A stretch of 25,260 nt of DNA from a virus (lineage: Duplodnaviria; Caudoviricetes), in the IMG/VR virus record IMGVR_UViG_3300037524_000322, positions 1-25,260 of that record; one strand, written 5' to 3'. The notes beneath the pieces were generated by a model. That model was not told the origin of the DNA and did no database searches. It was given only the letters and a program-made list of their open reading frames with translations. The stretch's first letter is position 1; each line of letters begins with the position of its first letter. Below, piece after piece: positions 24,053 to 25,260 of the stretch. A program made the translations under genes and the position numbers.

Positions 24053-25260
24053 CAGTCGGTCTCCACTCGTGGGCCACTCGCAGGGGTAGTGAGGCTGGGA
24101 CCGCGAGCGGCGATGACGAGGCCCAGCCCGGAGGAAGGTGCAGTGAGGCCCTGACCCCGTGCTGGAGCACCGACGCTCGAGCCAGCGCCAGGGACGCCGA
24201 TGCGACCGGGTGGTGCGGCGATGCTCGTGTCGAGGGCCACATCCCACGCTGCGACCGCTACGCTCGCGGTGCCCGCCGGTGCCCCGATGGCGAGGACGGC
24301 ATCCTGCGCCTGCGTGATGACGGCAGCGACCCCTGCAAGCACGTCCAGCCCGGGAACGACGCCCCATGCCTGCGCCAGCATCGCGACGCTCTCGGCCATC
24401 GTGGTAACCAGAACCGTGGCGCCCCACGCCGAAGCCATGGCCGTGGCTGCCTGTGGCTGCGTGACCACGCTGGCGACGGGAGCCTCGGCCGCTGCGGTGA
24501 CTGCGGCGGGGCCAGCATCGACGGTCGCGTCACCACCCGTGTCCACCGTGGCGTCATGGGCTGCTGCCGAGACCGTGGCCGTGGGCGCGTTCGGCTTGAC
24601 GCTGGCGCTCGGAGCCTGTGCCGCTGCGGTGACGGTGGCACTCGCTGCGCTGGCAGAGACGGTGCCCTTCGGTGCCTGCGCGGTGACCGTGGCACTGGCG
24701 GCCTGCGCGTTCGGCTTGGCGTGAGCGTTCGGCGCCTGTGCGGCGCTGGTGGCTGCCGCAGCGCCCGCATTCGGCGCGACCTTAGGCGTGGGCGCTGCCG
24801 CTGTGGCAGTGACGGCACCGGCACCTGCGTCTGCCGTGTCCGATGCGGCCGTGGAGACGGTCGGCTGGTGCGCGCTCGCTGAGACGGCACCGGCACCTGC
24901 ATTCGGAGCGGCCTTGGCGATCGGTGACTGAGCGGCAGCCGTGGTGGCTGCACTCGGCGCGTTCGGCGAGACCTTGGCCGTGACGGGCTGGCTGGCCGCT
25001 GTGACGGCTCCAGCGCCGGCAGGGGGCACCACGACGGGAACTGTGGAGACGGTCGGCTGCGCTGCGGTGACGGTGGCGCTCGCTGCCCCTGCCGAGGCGA
25101 CGATGGAAGCCCTGCCAGCCTGTGCGGCTGCGGTGACGGCCGCGGCGGGGGCGTTCGGTGACGCCTTGGGCGTGGGCGCCTGCGATGCCGCCGTGGCTGC
25201 TGCCTGCCCGGCGCTCGGAGCCGACTTGGCCGTGGCCGTGCCCGCTGCGGCCGTGGCCGC
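24052..25260 (-). CDS. Ala/Pro/Thr-rich repeat protein, probable virion fibre; 5'-truncated by the window edge
   Basis: Frame checked open from 25260 to the stop at 24052; ~20-aa repeats such as APTPKVAPNAGAAAATSAAQ. Confidence 0.8.
   Translation of the reverse strand, partial: AATAAAGTATAKSAPSAGQAAATAASQAPTPKASPNAPAAAVTAAAQAGRASIVASAGAASATVTAAQPTVSTVPVVVPPAGAGAVTAASQPVTAKVSPNAPSAATTAAAQSPIAKAAPNAGAGAVSASAHQPTVSTAASDTADAGAGAVTATAAAPTPKVAPNAGAAAATSAAQAPNAHAKPNAQAASATVTAQAPKGTVSASAASATVTAAAQAPSASVKPNAPTATVSAAAHDATVDTGGDATVDAGPAAVTAAAEAPVASVVTQPQAATAMASAWGATVLVTTMAESVAMLAQAWGVVPGLDVLAGVAAVITQAQDAVLAIGAPAGTASVAVAAWDVALDTSIAAPPGRIGVPGAGSSVGAPARGQGLTAPSSGLGLVIAARGPSLTTPASGPRVETD

Larger units (their letters stand above)
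1..25260. mobile_element. Temperate tailed phage/prophage segment (siphovirus-like: packaging, head, tail, immunity and early modules)
   Basis: Canonical order TerS-TerL-portal-scaffold-MCP-connectors-tail tube-chaperones-TMP-tail tip, plus a divergent HTH pair. No sheath gene and no host genes or ends are visible. Confidence 0.97.

Overview
This window is a continuous piece of a temperate, high-GC siphovirus-type phage or prophage; the host cannot be fixed from sequence alone. Almost all genes are on the minus strand and many are translationally coupled. Read right to left, it holds a 5'-truncated Ala/Pro/Thr-rich repeat (fibre-like) protein, a BppU-like small protein, two HNH endonucleases, TerS, TerL and portal. 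Next come scaffold, major capsid protein, head accessory and head-tail genes, tail tube, tail assembly chaperones, tape measure, a 1233-aa multidomain tail protein, a hub protein and a tail-tip protein. A plus-strand repressor and lipoprotein converge on the tail operon. To their left are a cI/cro-type switch with an operator palindrome and an early operon (Cro, HNH, HTH and Zn-finger proteins, micro-ORFs, SSB-like protein). No integrase, att site or lysis gene is visible. Three observations stand out. (1) TerL has an intact ATPase domain but appears to have lost the acidic residues of its nuclease active site, and it lies downstream of two HNH nucleases. (2) The capsid gene has its own promoter and a ~160-nt leader with repeated CAGGA-loop hairpins. 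(3) There is a probable +1 (UUU-CGU) frameshift in the tail chaperone. All product calls are motif recognition by eye; no database search was run.
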